Shown here: positions 1-10,093 of the stretch, one piece after another
Position numbering within the stretch: position 1 is the stretch's first letter
How the letters are laid out: each line of letters opens with the position of its first letter
NCBI RefSeq assembly: GCF_001194135.2
Contig: NC_068991.1
Location: 67,748,186 to 67,787,654 of the forward strand
DNA: 39,469 nt
Direction: 5' to 3'
Source of the DNA: Octopus bimaculoides
Taxonomy: Eukaryota
The notes under the pieces: generated by a model
Told to the model about the DNA's origin: nothing
The model's database searches: none
Seen by the model: only the letters and a program-made list of their open reading frames with translations
Translations under genes and position numbers: made by a program

Positions 1-47
<47 letters not shown>

Positions 48-221
48 TACATACATACATATATGCAAATGTGTATCATATATGCATATATATATGTATA
101 TATATATACATACACATACACATATACATATATACATATACATACATACACATATATACATACATATATGTATGCATATGTGTATAATATATGTATGTAT
201 ATATATATATATATATATATA
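1..221. repeat. (TA)n/(TACA)n/(TATG)n compound microsatellite
   Basis: Directly visible low-complexity tract; source of the spurious 63..272 ORF. Confidence 0.95.
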
Positions 222-449
222 TGGGAGATTATACAAAAAATAACAACAGACGAGGACAGGTGGTGTAAATAACAAAAGTATATATTAGTATGACGCTCGG
301 GAATACGGAAAGTCTTTGACGTTTCGAGCTACGCTCTTCAACAGAAAGAATACGGAGACAAGGAGAAAAACACGGAGAAAAAAAATTGAATAGTGTTCAG
401 TCAACGGTCAATCATAATAATGGCCGATCATAACAATGGCTGACTGACC
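222..449 (-). mobile_element. Penelope-like terminal-repeat (pLTR-like) fragment carrying a hammerhead motif
   Basis: Abuts a (TA)n tract and runs into a gap; contains the CTGNTGAAG...CGAAACGTC motif typical of Penelope-like termini on the minus strand. Family assignment is inference. Confidence 0.5.
313..349 (-). ncRNA. Minimal type-I hammerhead ribozyme motif (A6U core variant)
   Basis: Minus strand UCUUU-CUGUUGA-A-GAGC-GUA-GCUC-GAA-ACGU-C^AAAGA: 5-bp stem I (UCUUU/AAAGA), 4-bp stem II, palindromic ACGU stem III, GUC triplet. Confidence 0.6.
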
Positions 450-795
450 NNNNNNNNNNNNNNNNNNNNNNNNNNNNNNNNNNNNNNNNNNNNNNNNNNN
501 NNNNNNNNNNNNNNNNNNNNNNNNNNNNNNNNNNNNNNNNNNNNNNNNNNNNNNNNNNNNNNNNNNNNNNNNNNNNNNNNNNNNNNNNNNNNNNNNNNNN
601 NNNNNNNNNNNNNNNNNNNNNNNNNNNNNNNNNNNNNNNNNNNNNNNNNNNNNNNNNNNNNNNNNNNNNNNNNNNNNNNNNNNNNNNNNNNNNNNNNNNN
701 NNNNNNNNNNNNNNNNNNNNNNNNNNNNNNNNNNNNNNNNNNNNNNNNNNNNNNNNNNNNNNNNNNNNNNNNNNNNNNNNNNNNNNNNNNNTATA

Positions 796-863
796 TACGG
801 GTGTGAGTCAAAAAGTAATGCCATTTTGTATAGAACAGGTATAATTACCAACACAGGAACATG
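796..863 (+). mobile_element. Possible mariner-like left terminus fragment
   Basis: TA followed by CGGGTGTGAGTCAAAAAGTAATGCC resembles mariner TIR starts; no matching right TIR seen. Confidence 0.3.
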
Positions 864-1124
864 AAGCCTTGTGAGTAGATTTGGTAGACGGAAACTGAAA
901 GAAGCCCGTCGTATATATATATGTGTTTCTGTGTGTCTGTGCCTGCATCTCCGCGATCGCTTGACAACTGATGTTGGTGTGTTTACGTCCCTGTAACTTA
1001 GCAGTTCGGCAAAAAGTGACCGATGGAATAAGTTCGGGGTGGATTTATTCGACTAAAAAGGTGGTGCTCCAGCATGGCTGCAGTCAAATGACTTAAACAA
1101 GTGAAGGAGTAAAAGAATAAAAGA
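864..1124 (+). mobile_element. SINE family C, 5'-truncated copy
   Basis: Matches full copy 29394-29792 from AAGCCTTGTGAG to the GGTGCTCCAGCATGGC...GTCAAATGACT...AAAAGA tail. Confidence 0.9.
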
Positions 1125-1799
1125 AATTTAAAAGTTGTAGAACCTTCTGTGTAAAATACCATTTTTCAGAAAACAGAAACTCTTCAAGAATCTCCTGATT
1201 TGAATTTACATAACTGACATAAGCCATTAGTAAAAAATTATTGTCGCGTAGAGTTGATTTATCAACTTGGGAAAAAAGAACATGTTTCGTTTTTTTCAAA
1301 GCATCACATAGTTTACTCTCCATATCTTTCGCTATGCCATCTATTCCTGCTGCTACTGTACTATTAGTGCGAGGAATTGACGCTGTAATAACACTATTAC
1401 CTGGGCGAATCATAACATCCAAAATTACATTTATAACTGGTAAGAGAAGAGTTTCGCCAATAGCATATGATTTTCAGCATTTCGGAATTAATATTGAATG
1501 TTCGTAAGACATAACCAACCCCTTCACTATTTGCTTAGTTTGAGTGGCAAACAACTCTGAGAGTAAGACTGGTTTTAAAATCATTTTTCATTTGATGAAA
1601 GCAGTTCGCATCTTCTTCCGGCCTTATCTGGATGCATTTTTTGTAAATGTTCAATCATTCTTGGAAGTTTCATTGCTTCATTTGTAAACGTCTTTGCACA
1701 TATTAAACATACTCACAATTGCTCATTATTTATAGATGGAATAAATCTATATTTCAAATATTCACTCGAATGTTGACGGCGTTTTCTTTTTGAACTCAT
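1125..1799 (-). pseudogene. Decayed hAT Charlie/Buster-family transposase, N-terminal half
   Basis: Manual translation from ATG at 1799: MSSKRKRRQHSSEYLKYRFIP...*VCLICAKTFTNEAMKLPRMIEHLQKMHPDK (BED-like zinc-finger region). ORF 1093..1422 gives SIPRTNSTV...IAKDMESKL...QVDKSTLRDNNFLLMAYV...ILEEFLF, matching the IPLSxxTV/DESTxxxxxxLLxYVR/EEFLF pattern. Contains a stop and frameshifts. Confidence 0.85.
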
Positions 1800-2087
1800 A
1801 CTAAATTTTTAAAAGTGTAACGTACACAACAATTATATATAATTATATCACTAAACGGAATATAATGGAGATTACAAATACTATGAAAACAAGCAAGACT
1901 GTGCGCCTAAAAAGATACTATTCAAGACAGAAATATAGCATTAAAAATTAATTATTCCTGTTCAAACATGTCTTTGGCCACAGTATATACTTTTCTGTCA
2001 TTTTATTCTAATAACCGTTGCTAGTTTTATCATGTATAATATAATTACTAATATAGATAAAATTTAGTACTGTTAATTATGGTACCT

Positions 2088-2522
2088 TACCAAGGGGGCG
2101 AGCTGGCAGAAACGTTAGCACGCCAGGCGAAATGCTTAGCGGCATTTCGTCTGCCATTACGTTCTGAGTTCAAATTCCGCCGAGGTCGACTTTGCCTTTC
2201 ATCCTTTCGGGGTCGGTAGATTAAGTACCAGTTACGCACTGTGGTCGATGTAATCGACTTAATCCTTTTGTCTGTCCTTGTTTGTCCCCTCTATGTTTAT
2301 CCCCTTGTAGGCAATAAAGAAATAAGAAACGTTAGCACGCCGAGCGAAATGCTTAGCAGCATTTCGTTTGTCTTTACGTTCTGAGTTGAAATTCCGCCGA
2401 GGTCAACTTTGCCTTTCATCCTTTCGGAGTCTATTAAATAAGTACCAGTTACGCACTGGGGTCGATGTAATCGACTGTCCTCCTCCCCCAAAGTTTCGGG
2501 CCTTGTGCCTAGAGTAGAAAAG
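2088..2522 (+). mobile_element. SINE family B tandem dimer with 13-bp TSD
   Basis: Two B bodies (about 2097-2325 and 2326-2522) with different tails; AATTATGGTACCT flanks the pair at 2075-2087 and 2523-2535. Confidence 0.9.
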
Positions 2523-2611
2523 AATTATGGTACCTCACCGCCTGCCTCACCACCCTTTCAACATTCCCAGCATCTTCTTAGGGGGTGTTCCGCCTACATT
2601 GAGAACCTTTG

Positions 2612-2915
2612 CGTTAGAGCGTCTTACGAAATACCTTGCAATGTTTGGTTTGGCTGTTTACGCTTTGAGTTCAAAACCACCCCGAGATCGAGAAAGTATC
2701 GAACTAGTCAAGTATTGGGTGTTGATATAAACGGCTGGTCCTTTGCCACCAAATTTGCGGCTTTGTACCTATGTAAATATTTCCAGATGCCATTAGGAAA
2801 GACGGGAATTTGCCGAACGTTGTAAAGTCGGACAAAATGCTTCTCGGTATTCTTTGACATTTTTTTAAAGATCTGAATTCAAATATCTCTAGAAATAGAG
2901 ATGACTCTGTCTTTT
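2612..2915 (+). mobile_element. Two highly diverged family-B fragments
   Basis: CGTTAGAGC...GAAAT...TTTACGCTTTGAGTTCAAA and GGACAAAATGCTT...CTGAATTCAAAT echo the B head. Confidence 0.45.
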
Positions 2916-2981
2916 ACCTTTTACACGTTACTTTTTACCCTTCGATGAAACGATTACTAGCTATATACTCGGATTCCTTAA

Positions 2982-3355
2982 CCCTTTAGCATTTAAACCG
3001 GCCGTATCCAGTCCAAATATTCTGCTTGTTTTCTTCTCAAACTGGCCAGATCCGGGAACTTGCACTTATCCTACAATGCCATCCTAAAAGTAAATAATCA
3101 CATTTTTGAAATCTTGAGGCTATGAGATAATGCATGGTTAATTCAAAACAATGTGAATATATAAGCATTACAAGGCGGCGAGTAGGCAGGATTGTTAGCT
3201 GAGTTCAATTTCAGCCGAGGTCTTTTTCGAGGGTCGATAAATAAATACCAGTTGAACATTGGGGTCGATGTAATCGCCTATCCCCCCATTCCCACGAACT
3301 TGGGGACTCTGCCAAAATTGGAAACCAATATATAAGCACTATATTTGACAAAGGG
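2982..3355. mobile_element. piggyBac-like MITE (TTAA-flanked), containing a nested SINE
   Basis: TTAA(2978-2981)CCCTTT ... AAAGGG TTAA(3356-3359); interrupted by SINE B at 3171-3326. Confidence 0.7.
3171..3326 (+). mobile_element. SINE family B (internally deleted), 15-bp TSD
   Basis: AAGGCGGCGAG head and GGGTCGATAAATAAATACCAGTT...GGGGTCGATGTAATCG body; AATATATAAGCA(T/C)TA at 3156-3170 and 3327-3341. Confidence 0.85.
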
Positions 3356-3996
3356 TTAAACTACGTATATATCTCTTTGTACAAAATAACATTTCCTTGC
3401 TCGTGTCACAGAAATTATCGACGTTCTTTTATTGTTAACGATATGGTTATTATTACTGCAGTCCTGAAAGCAGTGGAGGCGCAATGGCCCAGTGGTTAGG
3501 GCAGCGGACTCGCGGTCATAGGATCGCGGTTTCGATTCCCAGACCGGGCGTTGTCAGTGTTTATTGAGCGAAAACACCTAGAGCTCCGCGAGGCTCCGGC
3601 AGGGGGTGGTGGTGACCCCTGCTGTACTCTTTCACCACAACTTTCTCTCACTCTTACTTCCTGTTTCTGTTGTGCCTGTAATTCAAAGGGTCAGCCATGT
3701 CACACTCTGTGTCACGCTGAATATCTCCGAGAACTACGTTAAGGGTACACGTGTCTGTGGAGTGCTCAGCCACTTGCATGTTAATTTCACGAGCAGGCTG
3801 TTCCGTTGATCGGATCAACTGGAACCCTCGACGTCGTAAGCGACGGGGTGCCAACAACAACAACATTTTAACAAAGGGTTAAACTACGTATATATCTCTT
3901 TGCACAAAATAAACATTTCCTTGCTCGTGTCACAGAAATTATCGACGTTCTTTTATTGTTAACGATATGGTTATTATTAGTGCTGTCCTGAAAACA
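3348..3996. repeat. ~125-bp direct repeat pair (3348-3472 and 3871-3996) flanking SINE A
   Basis: Hand alignment: 4 substitutions and one 1-bp indel between the copies. Confidence 0.95.
3473..3864 (+). mobile_element. tRNA-derived SINE family A, full length
   Basis: A box TGGCCCAGTGG, B box GGTTTCGATTCC, (CAA)n tail; near-identical to 10094-10476 and 35931-36266. Confidence 0.95.
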
Positions 3997-4212
3997 GCTA
4001 ACCAACTGAATCGTTAGAGCATCACGAAAAGTTCTTTGCAGTATTTGTTCTGTGTCTTAATGTCCTGAGTTCAATCCTGTCGTAGTCAGCTCTGCGTTTC
4101 ATTTCATCCTTTCGGGGTCGATAAAATAAAGTACCAGTCAAGTACTGGAGTAGATGGTATCGACTAACTCCATCGCTTAAAAATTACTGGCCTTGTGCCT
4201 AAATCAGAAAAT
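3997..4212 (+). mobile_element. Diverged SINE family B
   Basis: GAATCGTTAG head, TTTCATCCTTTCGGGGTCGATAAAATAAAGTACCAG core, GGCCTTGTGCCT tail. Confidence 0.75.
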
Positions 4213-4789
4213 ACTTATTCTGTCATTATTATTGTTGTTGTTATTGTTTTTGTTGCTATCAAACACTAATTCACTTATTCATATCGGAAATAGTCATAAT
4301 GCATATTGTCTTCGAAGTTTTGATTTTATTTTTCGTTTATTTTAAAGGGGTTCCAAATGTTCTCTAATATTTTTTTTGAACAATTCAATTTAAATAAAAG
4401 AAAACGAAAAAAAAAGCTATATATAATCAATTAAAAAAAAAACATAAATAAATAATAGACGAATGATCTTAATTGAACGAAAATTCTCATTAAAGAAAAT
4501 TTGATTTGAAATGTAGCAAAGTACTTAAGAGAAAAAATAAAATGTGCAGTTACTGTGTATTTAAAAATGTTAGACTTTCCAAAACTGAAAGATTTCAATC
4601 AAAAAGCTAAACTTTGATTCCACTTCCAAACCTATTCGTGAACGAAACCAACGTAGCACGTAAAGGCAAATGCATTTCGTCTTTGGCGATGTCTTCAGTT
4701 ACGGAATCCCACCTTAATAGAAATAAATATATAAATAAATAATGAATAAATATAAGAGAAGTGAACTTGTCAACCACAAAGAGAAGATG

Positions 4790-4844
<55 letters not shown>

Positions 4845-5023
4845 CGGGAACAATAAGGAAATTTATGGAGTATGGAAAAAAAAATAAAAGACAGAAAAAG
4901 AGAAAAAAAAACGGCAAGAGAAACAGGAAAGAACTGAAACAATTCTTTAAAAGGGAGAGAAATTTCCAGATTTATGCATCATTTAAAAAGAAGAAAAAAA
5001 TTGTCTGTGAGAACGAAAGAGAG

Positions 5024-5082
<59 letters not shown>

Positions 5083-5587
5083 NNNNNNNNNNNNNNNNNN
5101 NNNNNNNNNNNNNNNNNNNNNNNNNNNNNNNNNNNNNNNNNNNNNNNNNNNNNNNNNNNNNNNNNNNNNNNNNNNNNNNNNNNNNNNNNNNNNNNNNNNN
5201 NNNNNNNNNNNNNNNNNNNNNNNNNNNNNNNNNNNNNNNNNNNNNNNNNNNNNNNGAGTGTGTGAGAGAGAGAGAAAGTTAGAGAGAGAGAGAGAGTGGG
5301 AGAAACAGAGAGAAGCAGAGAGTGGAGTTAGGGAGAGAGTGGTTTTCTCAAGCCATGCTAAATAACGTATATTTATGTGTGTGTGTGTGAGTACGAATGT
5401 GTGAAAGATTTTGAGCAAAGGGAAACAGAGAGAGAGAGAGAGGGGGAGATAGAGGGAGAGGGTGGGTGAGAGAGGGAGAGAGAGAGAGAGGTGAAGGAAG
5501 TACGAAAGCTGTTTGCTCATTCCAAGATCAAACAGTGCATGTGTGTATATATACGCGTGTGTGCGTGAACGAGAAAGATCGAGCGAG

Positions 5588-5684
<97 letters not shown>

Positions 5685-5698
5685 CACTCACACACACG
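4790..5698. repeat. Microsatellite cluster: (AAT)n 4790-4841, (TA)/(GA)n 5025-5330 across a gap, (CA)n 5589-5698
   Basis: Directly visible. Confidence 0.9.
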
Positions 5699-6582
5699 CA
5701 TGCATGTGTCTGAGAGTTGTGTGAGCGCGTTAAGTTTGTGAAAGGGTACCGAAAATTAAGAAAGGAAAGTTAGTGAACAAGAATATGCGCGTACAGATGT
5801 GTATATGCATGTTTATAAATACATGTGTGTGTGCATGCGTATGAGAGAAAGAGAGAGATAACGAGATAGAGAGAGAGAGGTGAGGGGTGTAAAAATGGTT
5901 GCTCATTCTAAGAACTATAGTGTCCATTAACTAAGCTGACGAGCCACATTTATGTAGCTGTCGCTAATGCCGTCCGCTTAATTTTGGTTTTTCGATATTT
6001 AGACGTCTCTCTCTCACCCTCTCCTCCCCCCTCCCTCCCTCTCCCTCTAAGAACTCTTCCAAAAATGTCCTATTGTTATTTACCATTATTCCATTCGTTT
6101 CTTTTTAGTCCTCAACTCTGTGATTTTTTTTTCTTCATTTTCATTTTATCGTTTTAGCGTTGGTTAATATTTTCGTCTGTTCTTTATCCAATTGTTCTTG
6201 TATTTTTTAACATCCAACCTGCCTTTTATCCATTGGAGCTTTTAGATCTTTTATTAGCCGTAGACTAAAAAAATAATCTTCCATCAAGCTAGCCAGCAAG
6301 TCAACCAGGTGAATCGGAGTCCAATGTTTCAATCCCAGATAGCGGTCATTTCAACTTTATTTACGGCCCAGATGTACATTTACTAATAGTGAACACGGTC
6401 AATCATATATATATATATATATATANNNNNNNNNNNNNNNNNNNNNNNNNNNNNNNNNNNNNNNNNNNNNNNNNNNNNNNNNNNNNNNNNNNNNNNNNNN
6501 NNNNNNNNNNNNNNNNNNNNNNNNNNNNATATATATAAACATATATACATGTGTTTAACTGAATATAAAACTTACAAGGTGC

Positions 6583-6894
6583 ACTGGTCCACAGGGGATT
6601 ACAATCCCAGAGCCTAAATCAGTGAGGGGCCTGGGTATCGACAGGAGTGATGATACCTCTTTCGAAGTGCTCATTACCAGCATAGCAACAATGTGCAGGC
6701 GACTGGTTGAATGGATCTTAAGAACGTTCAGAACCAGAGAAAAGGAAACCATGATGGTCCTCTGGAGGACATTCGTCCTCAGCCGCCTGGATTACTGCTC
6801 CCAGCTATGGCTACCCCACTGTGTAAAATTAACAGCGGACCTTGAAGCAATCCAGCGAAGCTTCACAAAGAACATCGTTTCATTGCAACAGCTC
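6583..6894 (+). pseudogene. CR1-type LINE ORF2 fragment (reverse transcriptase C-terminal region)
   Basis: Translation TGPQGITIPEPKSVRGLGIDRSDDTSFEVLITSIATMCRRLVEWILRTFRTREKETMMVLWRTFVLSRLDYCSQLWLPHCVKLTADLEAIQRSFTKNIVSLQQL fits the CR1/L2-group motif LGV..F..HI..I.R.F...L+Y.S.+W.P....LE.+Q+.FT. Confidence 0.85.
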
Positions 6895-7320
6895 AAAATG
6901 CCTAAATATTACTTGAGAAATAAAATAGTCTTACCTAATCAAAACCTGAAACGCTGTGGAATTAAAACAATGAATTGAAGTAATAGGTTTTAGCAAATCA
7001 AAACAATTCGCATTGAAATGAAGAATTAACAAATTCTGAATAGATTACCGTTAAGAAGCTGTCTATTTATACCCTTCAAACATTCTTCGTTAAATTTCGG
7101 CATTTTTCCTCTAATTGATGTCACGATGGCTAGTGCGAAAAATGCCGAAATTTTATGATTTTTGAAAGATCAATGTTGATTAAAAATCGATTTTTTAAAA
7201 GTTCCAAGTACATAAGTGACCGCATGGGCATAAGCCCCCACCCCCACGAGTCAAGTTTCATCAAAGTTTGTTGGATAGTCTCGTAGGAGCTAAAGTAACA
7301 AATTCACAAACTTGCCACTT
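6895..7320 (+). mobile_element. Unclassified repeat that truncates the CR1 fragment; 3' end resembles non-autonomous Helitron/Helentron-like elements
   Basis: AAGTTTCATCAAAGTTTG...ACAAATTCACAAACTTG near the end is reminiscent of such elements; resemblance only. Confidence 0.25.
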
Positions 7321-7513
7321 ATTATTATTATTATTATTTTATGTTTGACTTTTGTTTTGCATTTGTACAAGTTGGATCCAAGTCTCACCCAGAGACCTCA
7401 AGAGACAACAAGTTAGAAGTTCATGTAGGTGTTATGCCTAGGGTACCATATATTTGGATTTGTACAGTTTTGTTCAAGTGAATGTTTAAGAAACCATAAG
7501 AAAATTATGTGTT
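7320..7513 (-). mobile_element. Probable 3' end of a non-LTR retrotransposon ending in (TAA)n
   Basis: Non-repetitive segment ending in an (ATT)n run on the plus strand and running into a gap; no coding part visible. Confidence 0.3.
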
Positions 7514-8051
7514 NNNNNNNNNNNNNNNNNNNNNNNNNNNNNNNNNNNNNNNNNNNNNNNNNNNNNNNNNNNNNNNNNNNNNNNNNNNNNNNNNNNNNNN
7601 NNNNNNNNNNNNNNNNNNNNNNNNNNNNNNNNNNNNNNNNNNNNNNNNNNNNNNNNNNNNNNNNNNNNNNNNNNNNNNNNNNNNNNNNNNNNNNNNNNNN
7701 NNNNNNNNNNNNNNNNNNNNNNNNNNNNNNNNNNNNNNNNNNNNNNNNNNNNNNNNNNNNNNNNNNNNNNNNNNNNNNNNNNNNNNNNNNNNNNNNNNNN
7801 NNNNNNNNNNNNNNNNNNNNNNNNNNNNNNNNNNNNNNNNNNNNNNNNNNNNNNNNNNNNNNNNNNNNNNNNNNNNNNNNNNNNNNNNNNNNNNNNNNNN
7901 NNNNNNNNNNNNNNNNNNNNNNNNNNNNNNNNNNNNNNNNNNNNNNNNNNNNNNNNNNNNNNNNNNNNNNNNNNNNNNNNNNNNNNNNNNNNNNNNNNNN
8001 NNNNNNNNNNNNNNNNNNNNNNNNNNNNNNNNNNNNNNNNNNNNNNNNNNN

Positions 8052-8104
<53 letters not shown>

Positions 8105-8300
8105 TCGTGTTTGTCCCGCCCCCACCATCGCTTGACAACCGAAGTTAGTGTGTTTACGTTCCCGTAACTTAGCGGTTCGCAAAAACAGATCAATAGAATA
8201 AGTACTAGGCTTACAAAGAATAAGTACTGGGGTCGATTTGCTCGACTGAAGGTGCTCCAGCATGGCCGCAGTCAAATAAATGACTAAAACAAGTAAAAGA
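8052..8300 (+). mobile_element. SINE family C, 3' half after gap
   Basis: CACCATCGCTTGACAACC...GGTGCTCCAGCATGGCCGCAGTC...AGTAAAAGA. Confidence 0.9.
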
Positions 8301-8626
8301 GGTCTTCTATCCTGAGGAACTTCCTACCTTGGTTCTGCCAGTCATAGAGATCTTAATAGCATCAGGTACTAATTAAAATACTCTACTACTACTCAGTTTT
8401 TATATCATTCAAGCAAATTCTTCAGTTACATGTGAAGAATTCTGTTTGACTCTCCTAAATGGCAATTAATGCATTCTACTCCTTTTACAGCAAGTCTTGG
8501 AGCACGCTTGAATTACGACTGTCTTTGCAAATGTCTGTTTTAACCATTATTCTTGTCATTTTTGTTTTATTTATCCTTTCGGTTTCTCTACAATCCATTT
8601 ATTATTTTTTCTTAATTGTCGTTACA

Positions 8627-8784
8627 AGCGTGGCTGTGTGGTAAGAAGCTTGCTTCCCAATCATATGGTTCCAGGTTCAGCCCCACTCTGTGGCACATTG
8701 CTCAAAGCTTTGTGAGTGGATTTGATAGACAGACCAAAGCTTTGTGAGTGGATTTGATAGACAGAAACTGAAAGAAACCTGTCG

Positions 8785-8819
<35 letters not shown>

Positions 8820-9099
8820 TATATATCGTGTATTTACATCATCCCCGTGACTTAGCGTTTCGGAAAAACNNNNNNNNNNNNNNNNNNNNNNNNNNNNNNN
8901 NNNNNNNNNNNNNNNNNNNNNNNNNNNNNNNNNNNNNNNNNNNNNNNNNNNNNNNNNNNNNNNNNNNNNNNNNNNNNNNNNNNNNNNNNNNNNNNNNNNN
9001 NNNNNNNNNNNNNNNNNNNNNNNNNNNNNNNNNNNNNNNNNNNNNNNNNNNNNNNNNNNNNNNNNNNNNNNNNNNNNNNNNNNNNNNNNNNNNNNNNNN

Positions 9100-9134
<35 letters not shown>

Positions 9135-9311
9135 TATATATCGTGTATTTACATCATCCCCGTGACTTAGCGTTTCGGAAAAACAGCCTGATAGAATAAG
9201 TACCAGTCTTTAAAAATAAAAGTACTGGACTCGATTCATTTGACTAAAAATTCTTCAAGGCAGTGCCCCAGCATGGCCGCAGTCTAATGGCTGAAACATA
9301 TAAAAGATAAA
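8627..9311 (+). mobile_element. SINE family C, full length, with internal deletion, 32-bp tandem duplication and an assembly gap
   Basis: GCGTGGCTGTGTGGTAAGAAGCTTGC head; CAAAGCTTTGTGAGTGGATTTGATAGACAGAC duplicated at 8703-8765; CCAGCATGGCCGCAGTC tail. Confidence 0.85.
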
Positions 9312-9563
9312 TTTTTGGTTTTAAATTTCATATTGATTTCTAATTAACAGATGTAGTGAGGATGGTGTGTTTACACTAAGAGCATACATCTGGTTCTATA
9401 TATTATCGATCGCCTCCCTACCCGGAAGACGAAAGTAAAATTTGATATCGACGGAATTAAGATTTGAGCTCAGAAATCAAAGAACACCGACAAGCATTTT
9501 CTTTAAAACTCAAATGATTTTTTCAGCCCATCTCTCTTCTCAATCTTTATATTATTATTGGTA

Positions 9564-9775
9564 GTAAGGTGGCGAAATCATTAGTGCGTCGGACAAAATA
9601 CTTAGCGGCATTTCTTCCGGCTCTTTACGTGTTAAGGTTATATTCCACTGAAGTCGACTTTATCTTTCATCCTTTTGGGGGCCGATAAAACAAGTACCAG
9701 TTGAATACTGGGGTCGATGTAGTCGACTAACTCCGTCTCCCTAAAATCATAGATCTTCTGCCAAAATTTGAACCC
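9564..9775 (+). mobile_element. Diverged SINE family B
   Basis: B head and core; possible 10-bp TSD ATATT(A/G)TTAT at 9549-9558 and 9776-9785. Confidence 0.8.
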
Positions 9776-9789
9776 ATATTGTTATCAAA

Positions 9790-9995
9790 AGCCGGTAGTG
9801 GATTAGCAGAATCTTAGTTTTGGAAAACCCCCTTGTGGTATTTCTTCAAGCTCTTTATGATCTGAGTTCAAACCATGACGAGGTCAACTTTGGTTTTCAT
9901 ACTTCCAGGTTTAGTAAAGTATCCGTCACGTACTGAGATTGGCATAATTAACTGTAAACCATCCACCCACCTAAATATCTGGCGTTTTAAAAGCA
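9790..9995 (+). mobile_element. Highly diverged SINE family B
   Basis: GCAGAATCTTAG...CTGAGTTCAAA...GAGGTCAACTTTG...TTTCAT. Confidence 0.6.
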
Positions 9996-10093
9996 ATTAT
10001 TATTATGACCAATACACAGTTTAGGGTGTTATAGATTAATGCGCCGCCCGGTTTAGCACCTCGTGTTCTTTTAGTGATATCCACTCCGCTGCG

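Larger units (their letters stand above)
1125..2611 (-). mobile_element. hAT (Charlie/Buster-type) DNA transposon, left part, interrupted by a SINE dimer
   Basis: Minus-strand terminus CAAAGGTTCTCAATGTAGGCGG at 2611 resembles the Charlie-type CAGGGGTTCTCAA TIR; transposase remnant follows downstream; right part absent. Confidence 0.75.

Noticed and set aside
6388-6412. AATAGTG...ACGGTCAATCAT similarity to 389-416
   Set aside because: Too short to establish homology.
7413-8275. ORFs over 200 aa spanning N-runs (also 408-854, 21474-22180, 31635-32612, 34822-35736)
   Set aside because: Length comes from assembly gaps.
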